Below, piece by piece: positions 38,869-52,084 of a DNA stretch of 64,000 nt. The notes beneath the pieces are model-generated. The model saw only the letters and a list, made by a program, of their open reading frames with translations, ran no database searches and was not told where the DNA came from. The stretch spans positions 33,551-97,550 of the forward strand of contig JAHLWZ010000562.1 in NCBI GenBank assembly GCA_020536535.1, read 5' to 3'. A program made the translations under genes and the position numbers. The first letter of the stretch is position 1, and each line of letters begins with the position of its first letter. Source of the stretch: Pelomyxa schiedti (lineage: Eukaryota > Protista > Evosea).

Positions 38869-41754
38869 TTAAATTCTTACCTCCTGGTGAGTATCAGGAG
38901 CACCAAAGTCGAGTTGGTGATCATAGTGTAATGGGGGCCTGCTGAATGCCGGCTTGAAGTGAATTACCATGGGGATTGCAAAGAATCCCCACCCACATCG
39001 TTCTACTTCAAAGGGTGCCTTTTGGGTTAAAATGTAAGCAGGGACTGAAATATTACATAAAGGGAATAGCACTTACTGTTGACACTATTATGTGGGAAGG
39101 CTGGAATGAGGGGTGTAGCTCCACTTCAACTTTTTCAACAATGTCTATTTCAAGGAGTTACTCAAAGAGCCAATACAAAAACAACACACCTTCCACTTGG
39201 TCACCACGAACATACAATTTCCATTTATGTGTGAGCTATGGAAAATTCAGAGGGAAAAGCGATGGCAAGAAGGGGGAAGCATACTCGTTTATCAGGAAAC
39301 GCCACTGACAACGTGGCCTCAGATGCCGGGACATCTGTGTGCTCATTCCCAATCACCAACATTCTCCCAAGAACTGGTGGTGAGGCCGAGTTCGAGGTAG
39401 AGGCTACTGTTGATGCAGTTGTTGAGGGCGGCGGTTCTCTGCTGGGCACTTTTTCGCATGTTGGTGCTGATGATGGCTGAGATGATCGGCGAATCATATC
39501 CGCCTTGGAGGATGTGACATAGGCACTTTTACCGCAGCACCTCTGCTTTGAATGGCAGTCGCTCATCCACACCATCTTCTTCGATCCCTTGCTATTGTAG
39601 TCTTCTCGGCTATCCAGCTCAGACATACACTCTCGTAAGTCTTCTAAGAGCCTTTTTTTTTTTTGTTGTTGTTTTTGGGATTTGTTTTTAGTGTTAGAAG
39701 ACAATGAAGTCCAGGAGAGTAGCCATACAGTATTGAGAGTGGATCTGTGTGTGTGATTGATGAGGTAACTTGTGTTATTGCTGCCTGGAGAATATTTTTT
39801 GCTGATGCAAGGTCTCCTCCCTTTGCAGTCTCGTTTGCTCGTCTGCGACAGGTTAGAGTAGTCGTGGAAGTGGGTGAGTGTAAACCGGAGGGCATCTGTT
39901 GTCAAAATCCGATTGCGTTGCAAATCAATCGCAGCATTAATCTGAAGGATTATAATATGTGAAGGATACAAAGTATGTATTCAGGAAGAGTACTGGTTGG
40001 CCAGTTGGGGTAGATTCAGTGCGTGACACACACAGTGGTGTGGAGAGAGTTTCGTTTCTACCAGCAGCAATGTTATACAAAGTCAGTTGAATGTTGACAA
40101 TTTCCATCCGCTCTGGGGAGTAAAAAAAAAAAGCTTTAATGACGAAGAAAGGAAACAAAAAGAAACCTTGGACTGTGTCCACTTGAGGGAGGTGGACCAT
40201 TGCCAAAATATCTCGGGACTATGTTTTGTTAGAAGGTCGCCACAATTTGATTACGCACCTCTTCAATGTAGATATCCCCAAGAGATACGGAACTGACCTA
40301 TCAAACTGATTCAGGAAGAATTCAATATAAGAGGGAGGCAAACCGTTGGCTTGAAATCGGAGGTATAGTTGGTCATGAGTTGTGAAATGACAGTTCCATT
40401 GACAGCTTCAAAGACGAGAGAAATGTTTTGCGCACAAACACTCAAGAGTCCACCTATGCAGTCTGCAAATGATCCAGGGATCTCTTTTTATTGTTTTAGG
40501 GAAATATATACAAGGGCATCGGCTTACTTTCGGTATTTTCAATGTAGTAGTACATTCCATGCCCGGCATTTGCGATATCTCTTTAAAGACTATAAGGATA
40601 AATTGGAAAAACTGGAAATACCTCAGGAGAACTGGATCGTGGTCGGCACCAAACCCAAACGTGAATCTGGAGAAAAATTAATGATATGAAAAAAGGCAAG
40701 AAGCTTGCATTGTGGTTTGGCCTTTGATCAAAGACAATGGAGTTGCAAGGGCAGGAATAATTTCAGCTCTTCAGAAACAAGTTAGATACGGAGTAACCGC
40801 ACATGCACACACGATTTAGTGAGCCCAGAATTTGCAAGACCATCCGTGAAAAGAAGAACTGATGCAACTTCTGCACCACTGTGACAGTGTTGGCACTTTT
40901 GAAGAAACAAGTCTGGAATTATACCCAGTGCGTCCTTGAAGTTGCGTGAGACCCTGGAAGAGGCCTCCACTAAGGTTGGTGCAACTACCAGCTTTAATTT
41001 TGCCTATAATATCTGTGGCAACTCTCTGTTGACCGTTACACTGGAAATTTCGAGGGAGTACAAACTTTCCCTGAAGCGTCCATATGCCTCAAGCTAAGAG
41101 CCACAGACACCGCAGTGTCGTATGTAACAATACAAAATTGGTCCTCAGACTTTAGTTGCTGTATCATAAACTTCAAAGACTCACCCACCAGTTGTAGCTT
41201 GTCACCTCTCATGCTTCCACTATTCACAACATCATAAACAACGCAATACGATACAAAACGATGACACCCAGCACCCCGGGTTTGTGTATCTTTTTTAATT
41301 ATTATGCAATGAATTAATATTACCTCTTGTCCACCACAGCCACTACGTCAACTGGGGGCCTGGACGGCCTGTTTTCAGCACTAGCAATCACACTTGGCGC
41401 CGTCACACTGGCCATCACAATGACATCATCCTGGCTGTTGTAAGCCACGCTCCCTCGCTCAGCTGTTACACACAACGAAAATCCACTGTCACTAGTGACC
41501 CTCTGTGCACCTCCAATGTCACTCCCACCACCACTTGCAGTAGTTGAAGTAGTAGCAGTTGTAGTGGAACTTATGCAGCATGTCCCTATATTACTAGTTG
41601 GGGCAGTAGTCCCTGGTTCTGAGCCAGTGGTCGCACTTGCACTTGCACTTGCATTTTGCGGTGACGTAGAGGCGCTCGTCTGCAGTTGCAAATCAGCAAG
41701 TGCCGACGTCGCTGCGGCAACTTCGGGTGAAATTGGTTGCGTCGTTCCGGCCAT
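38869..41754 (-). CDS. vWA-domain protein fused to a C-terminal YEATS domain
   Basis: vWA: RPPVDVVAVVDKS|GSMRGDKL, TNLSGGL, VLLFTDGLANSG, GTVISQ. YEATS: LVIGN, IVEKVEVELHPSF, APFEVERCGWGFFAIPMVIHFK..HQLDF. Confidence 0.75.
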
Positions 41755-41881
41755 CTTCGGTTACCAACTTTATTTTTTTTGTTTTTTTCTCATTCGGGAA
41801 ACTCTAAAAAAAGGGGGATAGAATACAGTGCCAAGGAGGCAGGGCAGAGTTTTATTATTTGTTTGTACATACAAAGTGGTT

Positions 41882-44223
41882 TTAGGGATTGTTTGGTGCT
41901 GGTTGTTGGTTGGTGTTGGGTGTTGGTTTTATTTTTCGGTTTCTTTTTCGTTTCTGGTTGGTAGCTTGTTGTTGCTGCGGCTGAACTTGGGTGTGCTGTG
42001 TTGCTGCGGGTGTTGGTGTAACGATTTGTGGATTGCTGTTGACCGCTAGTACTGGCGGGAGGGTAGTTTGTATTGGTTGTGCCTGTGTTAGTGTTTGAAT
42101 TTGCTGCAGAAGTGGCAGCAGGTCATTGTTTATCTGTTGTTGTTGAATTGCGGCCGCGAGTTGATCAGAGAGTGTGTGCATGGTCAAATCGAGGCTACTG
42201 GTGGCTGATTTCAATTCGCTGAAGGAATCAATCAGTTCCCGAGCAAAGGTGCTGTTACTCCCTGGATCAGTCGGCATAGCTTCTTTTGTTGCACATGGTG
42301 GTTCTTGTGGATGTGGAATTTCTGTTGTTTGCGGGGGAATTGATGAGGATTTCACAGCATCGCTGGGCGGAGTTTCAGGCACACAAGCGGAGCTGGGCTG
42401 TTGCGAAAGGGCTGGAGTGGGATTGGGTTGATCAGTATCGGTTTGTGTTGATACTTGGGTGGATTGATTATGTGTATTTATAGGTAATGTTGCGCTTGTT
42501 GCCGGCTGATTTGCTGGTGCCGGTGTCTGTGTAGTTTGCTGCAGACGGCTTATGGCCGACAGAAGCTTGAGCCTTGCTCCAAGCGATATAACTCCAAGGG
42601 TTTCCAAGTGGTGTTCAGTAATAAATGGCAGAGCTTCAAGTGTGACTTCTTCTCTCACAAACTGCGGAGTTAAGCCATCCAACCCAAGCTGGTGTAACCA
42701 TTGGCCAACGCTCGTATAGTGCGTAGGGTCTCTGACTTTTACAGCTGGTGGTGCCACAGGTTTTTTTATAACTGTTTTCTTGGCCTGGTGTTGTTGCTTT
42801 GCTTCAATATCGCGTAAAACCCGACCTAGGTCAAGAAAATATAACTCTTTGAAAAGTCTCGTCCCGTTGCCGCCACCAAATACAACTAAGAATCCGTTTT
42901 CACAAAGAGTTGCAGTGTGCGTGCATCGTCCAGTAGGTGCCGCACCCACAATAAGAGATTTCATCCTGGAACAATATGAATGATGGTTTTGGGAAATAGA
43001 ATTACCATGTGCATGTAGGAAACGATGTGTCCAAGAAGTAAACATCATTCAAAGTCTTTCCGCCATCACTGCCACCAAAGAGGACCAATTTTGAGTCCAA
43101 TGTGGACATGGTGTGCCCAGCTCGGGGAGACGGCTCATCTCCATCTATTTTGGCCACCTTGTGGTGGTGAGGTTTTTTGTTGTACACAGGTTCCGACTAG
43201 GGGGAATACCTGAGACCAAGAGAGCGTAACAGTGTCAAGCTCATATAGATCATTTAACATTTTGCCTCCATCATGCCCCCCAAAAATCTACCAAAAGATG
43301 AGATAACTGCACAAAGAAGTATATATGACCTCACCAACATTTTATCTCCAACAAGTGCTGCAGTGTGTCCCCACCTTGGAGTAGGTGGTGACCCTGATAC
43401 TGCAGGCCTTGACCAAGCCATTGTATCTATATCCAAAACATATGTATCATTGTAGAGGCGACTTGGGAAGTAAGGCTACAGTGATGAGGGTGTGGCCTAC
43501 CTGTCGTCACCCCCGCCAAAAACGATTAAACTCTTTCCAGCAAGCACTGTAGTGTGCCGAGACCTTGCAGCAGGGCTGGTTCCAGCCACATAGGCCTGAG
43601 TCCACGTGAGACTCCCAACATCTAGCAGATGCACATCATTCAAGAAACTAGAGCCTGCACCACCCCCTAAAGAAAAAAATCCACAGTAAGCCCTCGTAGA
43701 CGAAAAAAGCACAAGGAGATACAAACCGAATACGTATAGAATCTGTCCCACAGTGGTGGTTGTGTGTCCTGAACGTGGTACAGGTGCATTCCCAGTTATT
43801 TCCTGCCCTTAGTCACTCACCACCCAATCAATAAAAAAGGATTATATTTATATTACACTGCCACGCTTTCCCACACCCTTTTTCCCAACAAATCAATAAA
43901 AGTAAACAAACAACAAACCAGTAGCAACAAATTGCACGTCCACGAAGTCAAGTAGCCCATCCCCAACACACACGGCAACGCAGTTGCAATTCACAATTAC
44001 CAACTACTATTACGCAACACAATATGCAACTGCGGCGCCCAGTGGGCGCACATACAGGGGTGTCCCACCGCATTGTTGCCAGCCTCAGCGTCGTGACCTC
44101 GTTGAGCAGCTGGCTGCCGTTGAACCCCGCGAACATCCACAACATCCCCCCGCACACGTTGATCGTGTGTCCGCATCTGGGCCCCGGGCCAACCCCACTG
44201 CAACTGGGCCGAGTCCACGCCAT
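41882..44223 (-). CDS. Kelch-repeat protein with a SAM domain and low-complexity tail
   Basis: Repeated PxPRxGHT..FGG units (GPRCGHT, AARSRHT, TPRWGHT, SPRAGHT, TGRCTHT). SAM: SVGQWLHQLGLDGLTPQFVREEVTLEALPFITEHHLETLGVISLGARLKLL. Confidence 0.85.
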
Positions 44224-44549
44224 CAAAAAAAAACAGAACGAGAAACAGCAACCTTTGGTTTCCGTGCTTCTGCGAAGGTTTTTTGAGAGAGCGGGGCCAC
44301 AGGCTCCAGAGAGAAAAAAAAGATTCAGGACAGGTCTGTGAGTGCTATAATCAATGAAATCATACTGTAGCTCAGTTTCTCATCACTTGGGTGCTTTAGA
44401 TAGCACACGTAACTTTTCGGCACAGAAAAAGAGTAAAACTTTTGTGGAAGAAGGTGATGTTGACGGATTATGGGAGTGGTGCCACCTTTCTGTTTTTGTT
44501 TCAAGGATTGTTTTTCACATAGAATGCCTGGTGACAAGGGATGAATTAC

Positions 44550-46340
44550 TCAGAATATAGGAGGTGAGTGTAGTTTGGGGTCTCTTCTTTCAATTGTTGT
44601 AGAGGGACTCTCTGTGATCCCGGTGGGTGTGCCCAGATGATTGTTGGTTGAAATGCACACTTCCACTCCAGAGTGGGCAGTACCCTCCTCAATAGTGCCG
44701 AGTTCTATGGGATCCTCCCTGTGTGACTTTCTATTAAATCTAAGTAGGAAGTAGAAGAAAGATTTTCGGGGGAAGAGAGCTAGCAATCGCCCCCGTAGTG
44801 TGTAAGATGAAGATGGATTGTACATTGTGGAATATGGAGCTTTCACTTGGGACTCAGCTAGTACTTTACTGAGAGCTCGCTTTGTAACTATTTGTAGGTT
44901 AGGTAAGAAGAGACAAAGTACGGGCAACATACTCCATGCAATGATAACAATTAACAGTACTGTTGTTACTGTAAACGCGTGAGAAGAAAAACTAGTAAAA
45001 GAAAATGAAACCAATGATTATAGTCACGGTAATTAAAGTCTTTGTTCTGCCACCTTGTGGAGGGTAACGTTTGGAGAAAGAATTATGGGTAAATACCTTC
45101 TGCAGACCAGACTTGTGACAGATCTTTCAATAACGTGCCTAAGTAAGTATATGCTAAAGTACCTATGAGAAACTGTAAGCTAACTATAAGTGAACAAAGT
45201 AGAAAAAGAGTACCAGGAAGAAGCCCAACGAAAGTTGCCAGGGAGTATGTCGTAAATGACACCTTGGTTATTCCCAGTAGGTAACAACACACGCCGAAGG
45301 GCATGATTGGGGAGAGACGTAGCAAGGAGATTAACAAGAAGCCTTTGTCAGAGATCGCCTGGATAAATTGGAAAATTTAGTGAGGAAATGCGTTTTATAT
45401 ATACGAGAACGAAACTCTGTCAATGGCATGGAAGTAAGTATATGATGCAGCCTTTTCCTCTGCCCATTTCCGTAAGAGTGTGCGTCCCAGCAAGCATGCA
45501 AGCATTGCCCCACCAGTACAACCACCAACACTAACAAAGGATCCCAGCCAGAAATTATACAAAAATCCCGCAGCCAAATTCAGAGGCGTTCCCGGCAACA
45601 CTAGTTTCCCCCAAAAATGGAGGATATTGGTAAGGTAAACTGTAGAAAGGCAATGCATGACCACACTCTATTACATCCAACTCTACCCATTTTAAAATTG
45701 AGCAATACAACGAAATCTATCTAGCAAAAATACCACCACCCAAGAAGAGAAGGAGAACCCATAATTACGCACTGAACACGATGGCCACAGCATATAAGGC
45801 AGTCAGTATGGCACACCCAGGGCCCGTGGGGGCCGACTCCACGAGCTTCAGGGCGCCCAGCATCGCGTTCTGCACCGGGCTGTTCGGTATGCACGACATC
45901 ACAAACAGAGTCAGCGCCACGGCGGACAGCACCACGGCCCCGACCACCTTCCCGCTGCACCCCCCGCCCCCGCCCCCGCCCCTGCAGTTGCAGCAGCACC
46001 ACCACCCCGCGGCCCCCCTCCCGCCGCCCGCCGCGCTGTCCCCGGCGCACCCGGCTCCCGCCCCCGCCTCCGCCATAAACACCCTCGTCGCTGGCCCCCC
46101 CGCTGCCTGGTGCTGCTGCTGGTACTGCCGCGGCGGCTGCGTGAGGCTGCGCAGGGACTGCAGGCACAGGACGACGAGGCGGCGGCACAGGCCCTGCGAC
46201 TGGAGCGCGTAGGTGTTGGTCACCACCAGGTCCGGGTCCACCGCGAGCGGGAGTGTGTGGGCTGTTGTTGGTGTCGACGTCGACGAGGATGCTGCGGATG
46301 ATGACGAGGGCGACGACCCCGCGTAGGCTCCGGAGTACAT
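44550..46340 (-). CDS. TVP38/TMEM64 (DedA/VTT, SNARE-associated Golgi) membrane protein
   Basis: LPGTPLNLAAGFLYNFWLG..GCTGGAMLACLLGR; LLRLSPIMPFG..YLLGITKVSF..ATFVGLLPGT. Confidence 0.85.
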
Positions 46341-46562
46341 ACAAGGCAGTCCGGGTTTCTTTTTTCTTTTTCTTTGTTTCGTTTCTGCTTGGGGGTTTTT
46401 TTCATCACTACACTTTTTGGGGAATGAAGGGGGATACGGGTGTGCAGTACACACCAAAGAACTTTATTTCTAGTGTGTTATAATAGTGCGGGTGGTGGGA
46501 AGTAAGTAATGTTGGTGGGTGATTTGGGGGTTTGGGAATAGAATTTGAATGGCTACATAGAA

Positions 46563-49500
46563 TTAGCCCAGGACTTTGCCTTCGCGGAGGAGCTTGGCCC
46601 ACATGTCACAACAAGCCTCGGTTTTTTTCCATGCTGTGGATATGTATTCAACCTGGGTGTGTGGTTGGGTTAGAATTGCTTAATTGTGCTTGTGTGGGGT
46701 GGAAGATGAGGAATCGGAACCTTTTCTTGAATACTGTCACAGAACGTGCGATCCCGCCATAGGAAGAACACATTGCCAATGTTCAAAACAGTCTGGAGGA
46801 ATTAGTAATTTCAGAGGACATAGCGCGGGGATATACCAGCTGGCAGGCGTGGCATAGAGCATTCCATGTACTACCGGTTGGCGCTTCTGCCACTACATAG
46901 GTGTCTGTGCCAACCGCAAACATTCCTGGTACTGGGTTTCGTAGGTATTCAATAAACCTACCGATTCCTGGAGAAAGCACATTTTTCCACGAAGGAGGTG
47001 ACGCAATCATCACATTGGGGGGTGATATTTGTCCCATTGCACACCAGATTTTATCTTCTGGGCCCATCGCCTTGAAAGAGTGACAATACAGAAAAAGTTA
47101 GGTGAGTATTGTACCTTAACCCAACCATCCCATCTGGAGCCTTGGTCGACAGCCGCAATTCTCCACTCTCTATTCAAAGTTAGGGTAAATTAGTAAGATA
47201 TGACAACATGGCCGGTTTTATAGTCTCTGGTTGTCCAGGTTCCGTTGTAGTAGTTTTCTGGTATTGAGGTGCAAATCTTGAAAACGTATCAGTAAAACAG
47301 AGACAGATGAGCGTAACCTACTTGGCATACTGCTTACAACTAACCGAGACATCTCTCCACTGCTTACATGTGCAAGCACAGGCATTGAGATCAGTAACAC
47401 TCAAGTAGCTTTACAAATTACAATGAGAAAAGTTAACTTCCAAGGCCGAACCTGAAGATTATTGCAAGGCATTCATTTGGTAAGCCCTGGTCAATTTGAG
47501 CTGTTATACGCTCCTTGGCAGCATTTTTGTCCCTGAGTAACTGTATGCACTCGGTAAACGGTGGAATGTGGTGTACAGCCATCTGTGGTACACACTAAGA
47601 CTCACAAGCAATAACAAAGTAATTATTACCTCATATGGTGTAAACCCCAGGTGGTCCTTTGCGCGCATGCACATATCTGCACCCTTTCCAGCGAGACATT
47701 CCAGGAAAACAGTGCTCTTGTTATGTGCTGCAAGGTGGGCCAAAGAGTAATCCCCAGACACATCCCATTCAGCTGAGGAAAGAGGTATCGTGTCGAACAC
47801 TTGTTGAATGAGTTCAGGGTAAATGAAGAGAAGGTGGAGGGGGCTCCACTTTGTTGGAGAAGTGATCAAAGACTTGGACGTAGCACGAGGGGAGCGAGGA
47901 GGTGTTGTATCAGTTGAACTAGGGCAGGCTTCAGCAGGTGGGGAGGCAGTAACATTCTGAGCCATGCAGGTGGCAATAACCTTTAAAATCTCTTTTACAA
48001 CGTCAATCTGTTTGTATGACAGTGCAAGATATAAGGCGTTGTAGCCTGAAGGGCCAATGACATCTATCAATACCTCCGAGTGACGCACAAACCACAAGGC
48101 AAGATTGGTCTTTTTGCGAATTATGCTTGACATGAGGGGGGTAGTCATATCGGCTAATGTTGCATTGACGTCTGCTCCAACACTGCACAGCAACTCAGCT
48201 ATCTCTGGTGACTGAACAATATGAAGCACAGGTTTTCCATCAGAATCGCACAAGCCCTTGACATTGACACCTGGGGCAGACACAGCAGCCTTCATAACCG
48301 CAATATTATCCTGGGAGGCAAGAAGCGGAATGGCGCAGTGAGGATCAACACCCACTTCGAGCAACTGAAATGCTAAGTCGTTATTTTTGTGATGTGCAGC
48401 CCAAAACAGTGCGTTTTTCCCTGTACTGTCCTTATGGTTCACGTTAATCTTCGGAAGTTTTGTTATCCAGGCGGCAACGTCATGCTTTCCGCGAACAATT
48501 GCAGAAATTAGTGAGGAGTGCTGTTTCTTCCCTTTGGAAATTGCATTGAAATCTGCTCCAAGTGAAACCAGGAGTTCAGCTGCCCGAATACTATTAATTT
48601 TATGCACAGCATTCTTTAAGGAAATCGCGCTTGCTTCCACTTCCCCGAGGTTAGGATGAGACGTTGACACTAGATGAAGTAAATCAGCTCTATCCAATTT
48701 GGCCATAGCTCGCAAACAAATAGCAGTTGGCTTTGCCCCAGATGATAAAAGATATGCAGAAATTGCCAAGCCTTCATGCGTAGTATTGGTCAAGGATCGC
48801 TCCAATGCAAGGGATAGAGCAGTAGTGTTCTGCTCAGCAAATCCTGGAGAAGTAGCTATGAGTTCCAAACCAGGGAGCCAGCTGACTTCCACTGCGCACA
48901 TAAGTGCTGTGACTTTCTCCTCGTTTGAAAGGCGTGGGCACTTTAAAATGCATCCAAGGCAAGTTCCATTCTTTTTTTTCACAGCAAAAGAAGCTGGGGA
49001 TTGTAAATTTGGATCAACTCTGGTGCATTCCAATAAAGTGGAGAGAAATGACGCAGGAGCTTCGTTCTCTATTGCAAAGTGTAAGGCTGCTTCATTTGCC
49101 GGTGTCAAAGCATTTACGTTAGCATCTGGTTGCTGAAGAATTGCCCTTGCCATCGCAAGGGAATGCGGTCCGGCTGCACGAAGAGCCACAAAGTGCAACG
49201 GAGTAAACTGGGAAGGAAGCCAGCAAATATTAAGGCAGTCAGGAGCGCATGTTGCCAAAGTTTGTACACAAGATACTTGATTACACATTATTGCAGTGAG
49301 AATTGGGGTATAATTTTCTCTATCCCTTTGGCTAAATAGTGTACTTCCCATTGCACGAGCAATTGATGAGAGACAATCTGCACTGCCAGACTATTTGTAC
49401 AGTGAGTTGTTTGTGAATTGGGTGGTGATAAACACACGTAGGCAGCCAGATGTGCCGGGTTGTACTCATCAAAATTCACAAGAGCTCCTGTGTTATTGGC

Positions 49501-50286
49501 TTCTTCTAGTTTCTGAAAACTGAATTAGAGCCATAAAAAAAGAGGTCAAACATACTGCAGCTCCAAGTGCAGTTAATAAGAAATCGAGTAGAGCAGGGTT
49601 GGCAGTAAGACAGGCCAAGTGTAAAAGTGTGTTGCGTTTGGCGTCAGATTTTAAAATGACGTCTGTGTCACCTGCCATGCTTTTTACAAGTGCAAGGTTC
49701 CCTGTTACAGAGGCAAAAACTACCTTTGTACTTTTCAGGGTAATCAAATGTTGATGTATAATACTACCGTGGGTGAAGGAAATCCTGCCGAAACAGCTTC
49801 AGCAAAATATGAAACTTCCAGTTCGTGAATTTTAAGTTTGTTCGAGCGGAATGATTGGTCAGAGGCCTCTTCAAGACTATCCAAAATAACTCTAGTGATT
49901 CGTCATTTAAAAGCATATATTGGGAATTCACTTCAGACGGTTCTTTATATGTAAGATGGGAGCAGAGTGGCTGGCCTGCTTTGACAAAAAGGCAGGAAAT
50001 GCCTCTATTCCTGTTAGAACCTGGATGAAAAAAAAACAAACCATTGAATTCAGCCGAAATAAACACCAAAGAGTTGAACAAACCTTTTCAAAGAGTTGCA
50101 TGAAGTTGTGAAATGGGTCTTGTGCTTTCAATGCTGTGTATGTGGACTTGTGTGTAGCTTGTTCTTCTTTGGGCCACGAATTATGAATTCGGGTCAGCCT
50201 TTCTCTCATTTGAACATGGTCCGCCTATTGTTTCGTTTCTTGGTTAAAAACTGTACGTTCTACAACAAACATACAAACTCTGTCAT
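46563..50286 (-). CDS. Ankyrin-repeat protein with an F-box near the C-terminus
   Basis: Many ankyrin repeats (NTLLHLAC, YTPILTAI, FTPLHFVA, GKNALFWAA, TTPLMSSI). Spliced F-box LPNECLAIIF|SYLSVTDLNACACTCKQWRDVS at ~47330-47485. Ends are approximate. Confidence 0.75.
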
Positions 50287-50819
50287 TTTTGTTTAAATCA
50301 TAATAAACAGCATTAAAACACGTGAAATTACCCAACGAGAAAAAATGTGGCCAAAATAAAAAAAAAAAAAAAAAAGAGGGAATGTACATTTTTGGGGCTG
50401 GATGTAGCAGGACACGCTTTTGTTGCTCCACTTGCAGCAGCCTCTTTTTTTGGCGGGGCCGATGTGAACGACTGTGGTTTGGGGTCTGCCCGCTTCGCTG
50501 TCGTTCTCATCGAATAGATTGGTTTCTTTTCTTAACTTGATTTCTCACTGTTCGGCTAAAAAAAAACCCGCCTTTTCGAGAACCGAATCTTTGAGTTTCC
50601 TCTTGTGTTACCTGGTAAGTGACTATGCAAGTTCTGTTTCTTGTGTGTCAAGTTCCTGTGCTGTCACACAAACCAAATGTGGGTTTCTATGGTCCACACA
50701 GGTTTCCTTCTGGAAGGTACACTGTAGGTTGTGTTTCAGTACAAAAAAGGAATGAGAAACAAGAAAACATCTATTTTCCTGAGTGTGTTGGGAACTGTAC
50801 AAAGGGTAATTGTAGGAAT

Positions 50820-51872
50820 TCAGGAGGAGCCCAGCAGGTCACGCAGTTGCATGTCAGCCTTCTCGAACCCACCAGCAGCAGAGAATTTGTACCACCGCAC
50901 TGCCTCACGCATGTCCTTCTGAGTCCCGATTCCACTCAGCACACACCTGGCCACATTGAACAGGGCAGAGGGCGCACCCTGCTCCGCACTCAAGTGGTAC
51001 ATCCTCAGTGCCTCGCGGGTGTTCCGCCCCACCCCATTCCCCTGTTCCAGGCAAATTGCAAAGTTATTCTGTGCGTCCCTATATCCCTGTGCCGTGGCCT
51101 GCAAGTACAAGTGGATCCCTCTCTTCTGGTCCATTTCGACGCCAACCGCGTGCAGATAGCACCACGCCAGGCTGTACTGTGCATAAGCATTGTTCTGGGC
51201 AGCGGCCGCCGAGTACAGCGACACGGCCTGCGCCAGGTCCTTCTCGGTGTCGACCCCCTTCTCGTATATCTGGCCCAGGTTGTACTGCCCAAACGAGTTG
51301 CCCAGCGACGCGGACACGCGGTAGTGCTCGATGGCCTGCGCGTTGTCCAGCGGCACGCCCATCCCGTGCTGGTGGCAGTACCCCAGCGAGAAGTGGCCCC
51401 AGCTGTCGCCGAAGTCGCACGCCAGCCTGTAGTGGTGCACGGCCCGCGGCAGGTCCTCCGCGTTGCCCAGCGGCCAGAAGTACGAGCACCCCATCAGGAA
51501 GTTGGCGAAGCCCAGCACCTTGGGGCCGGCCGCGGGGCCGCCGGCGCAGGCGAGCCGCAGGACGTCGACGAGGTAGGCGCGGGAGGCGGGGCTGCAGGAC
51601 TGGGCGATGGCGAGCAGGTACTCGCGGGGGTAGGTGTCGACGGCGGCGCCGCGGAGGTAGGCCTCGGGCCGCGTCTGGAAGATCACGCGCATGGCGACGT
51701 AGAACAGCGCGCTGCCCTCGTGCTGCTTGACCTCCTTGCTTACGGTCGCGGGCGTGGAGACAGGAGACGTGGTGGTGGCCTGGGGGCAGATGGCGTGGCA
51801 CGTGCGCATTGCCTGCTCGAGGTCCCCGTTGGCCAACTGCGTCAGGAGCAACACCCCAAGTTCGGTCTTCAT
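50820..51872 (-). CDS. Sel1-like repeat protein
   Basis: About six SLR units, e.g. GQYNLGQIYEKGVDTEKDLAQAVSLY and AQNNFAICLEQGNGVGRNTREALRMY. Confidence 0.9.
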   Translation of the reverse strand: MKTELGVLLLTQLANGDLEQAMRTCHAICPQATTTSPVSTPATVSKEVKQHEGSALFYVAMRVIFQTRPEAYLRGAAVDTYPREYLLAIAQSCSPASRAYLVDVLRLACAGGPAAGPKVLGFANFLMGCSYFWPLGNAEDLPRAVHHYRLACDFGDSWGHFSLGYCHQHGMGVPLDNAQAIEHYRVSASLGNSFGQYNLGQIYEKGVDTEKDLAQAVSLYSAAAAQNNAYAQYSLAWCYLHAVGVEMDQKRGIHLYLQATAQGYRDAQNNFAICLEQGNGVGRNTREALRMYHLSAEQGAPSALFNVARCVLSGIGTQKDMREAVRWYKFSAAGGFEKADMQLRDLLGSS

Positions 51873-52084
51873 AGTTGCCAATTAGTTGCTTTTATCTCCT
51901 ATCTATTAATCTTGCCCCCAAAACCAGACTGGCAGGCAGTTCTTCTCTGCACACTGAGCAGTGACTGGGGAAGGTATCCCCAGGATTATGGTTATCCCCG
52001 GTACTCAAGCCAGAGATTCCTCATGATTCCATCCGAGAAGAGAAAGGAAACAACACAACAGTAACGTGCACCCCACTGTGGGCG

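Noticed and set aside
50225-50431. Apparent in-frame TAG readthrough upstream of the ankyrin gene
   Set aside because: The TAG is the 3' splice site of a GTATG..ATAG intron (MTEF|ADHVQM).
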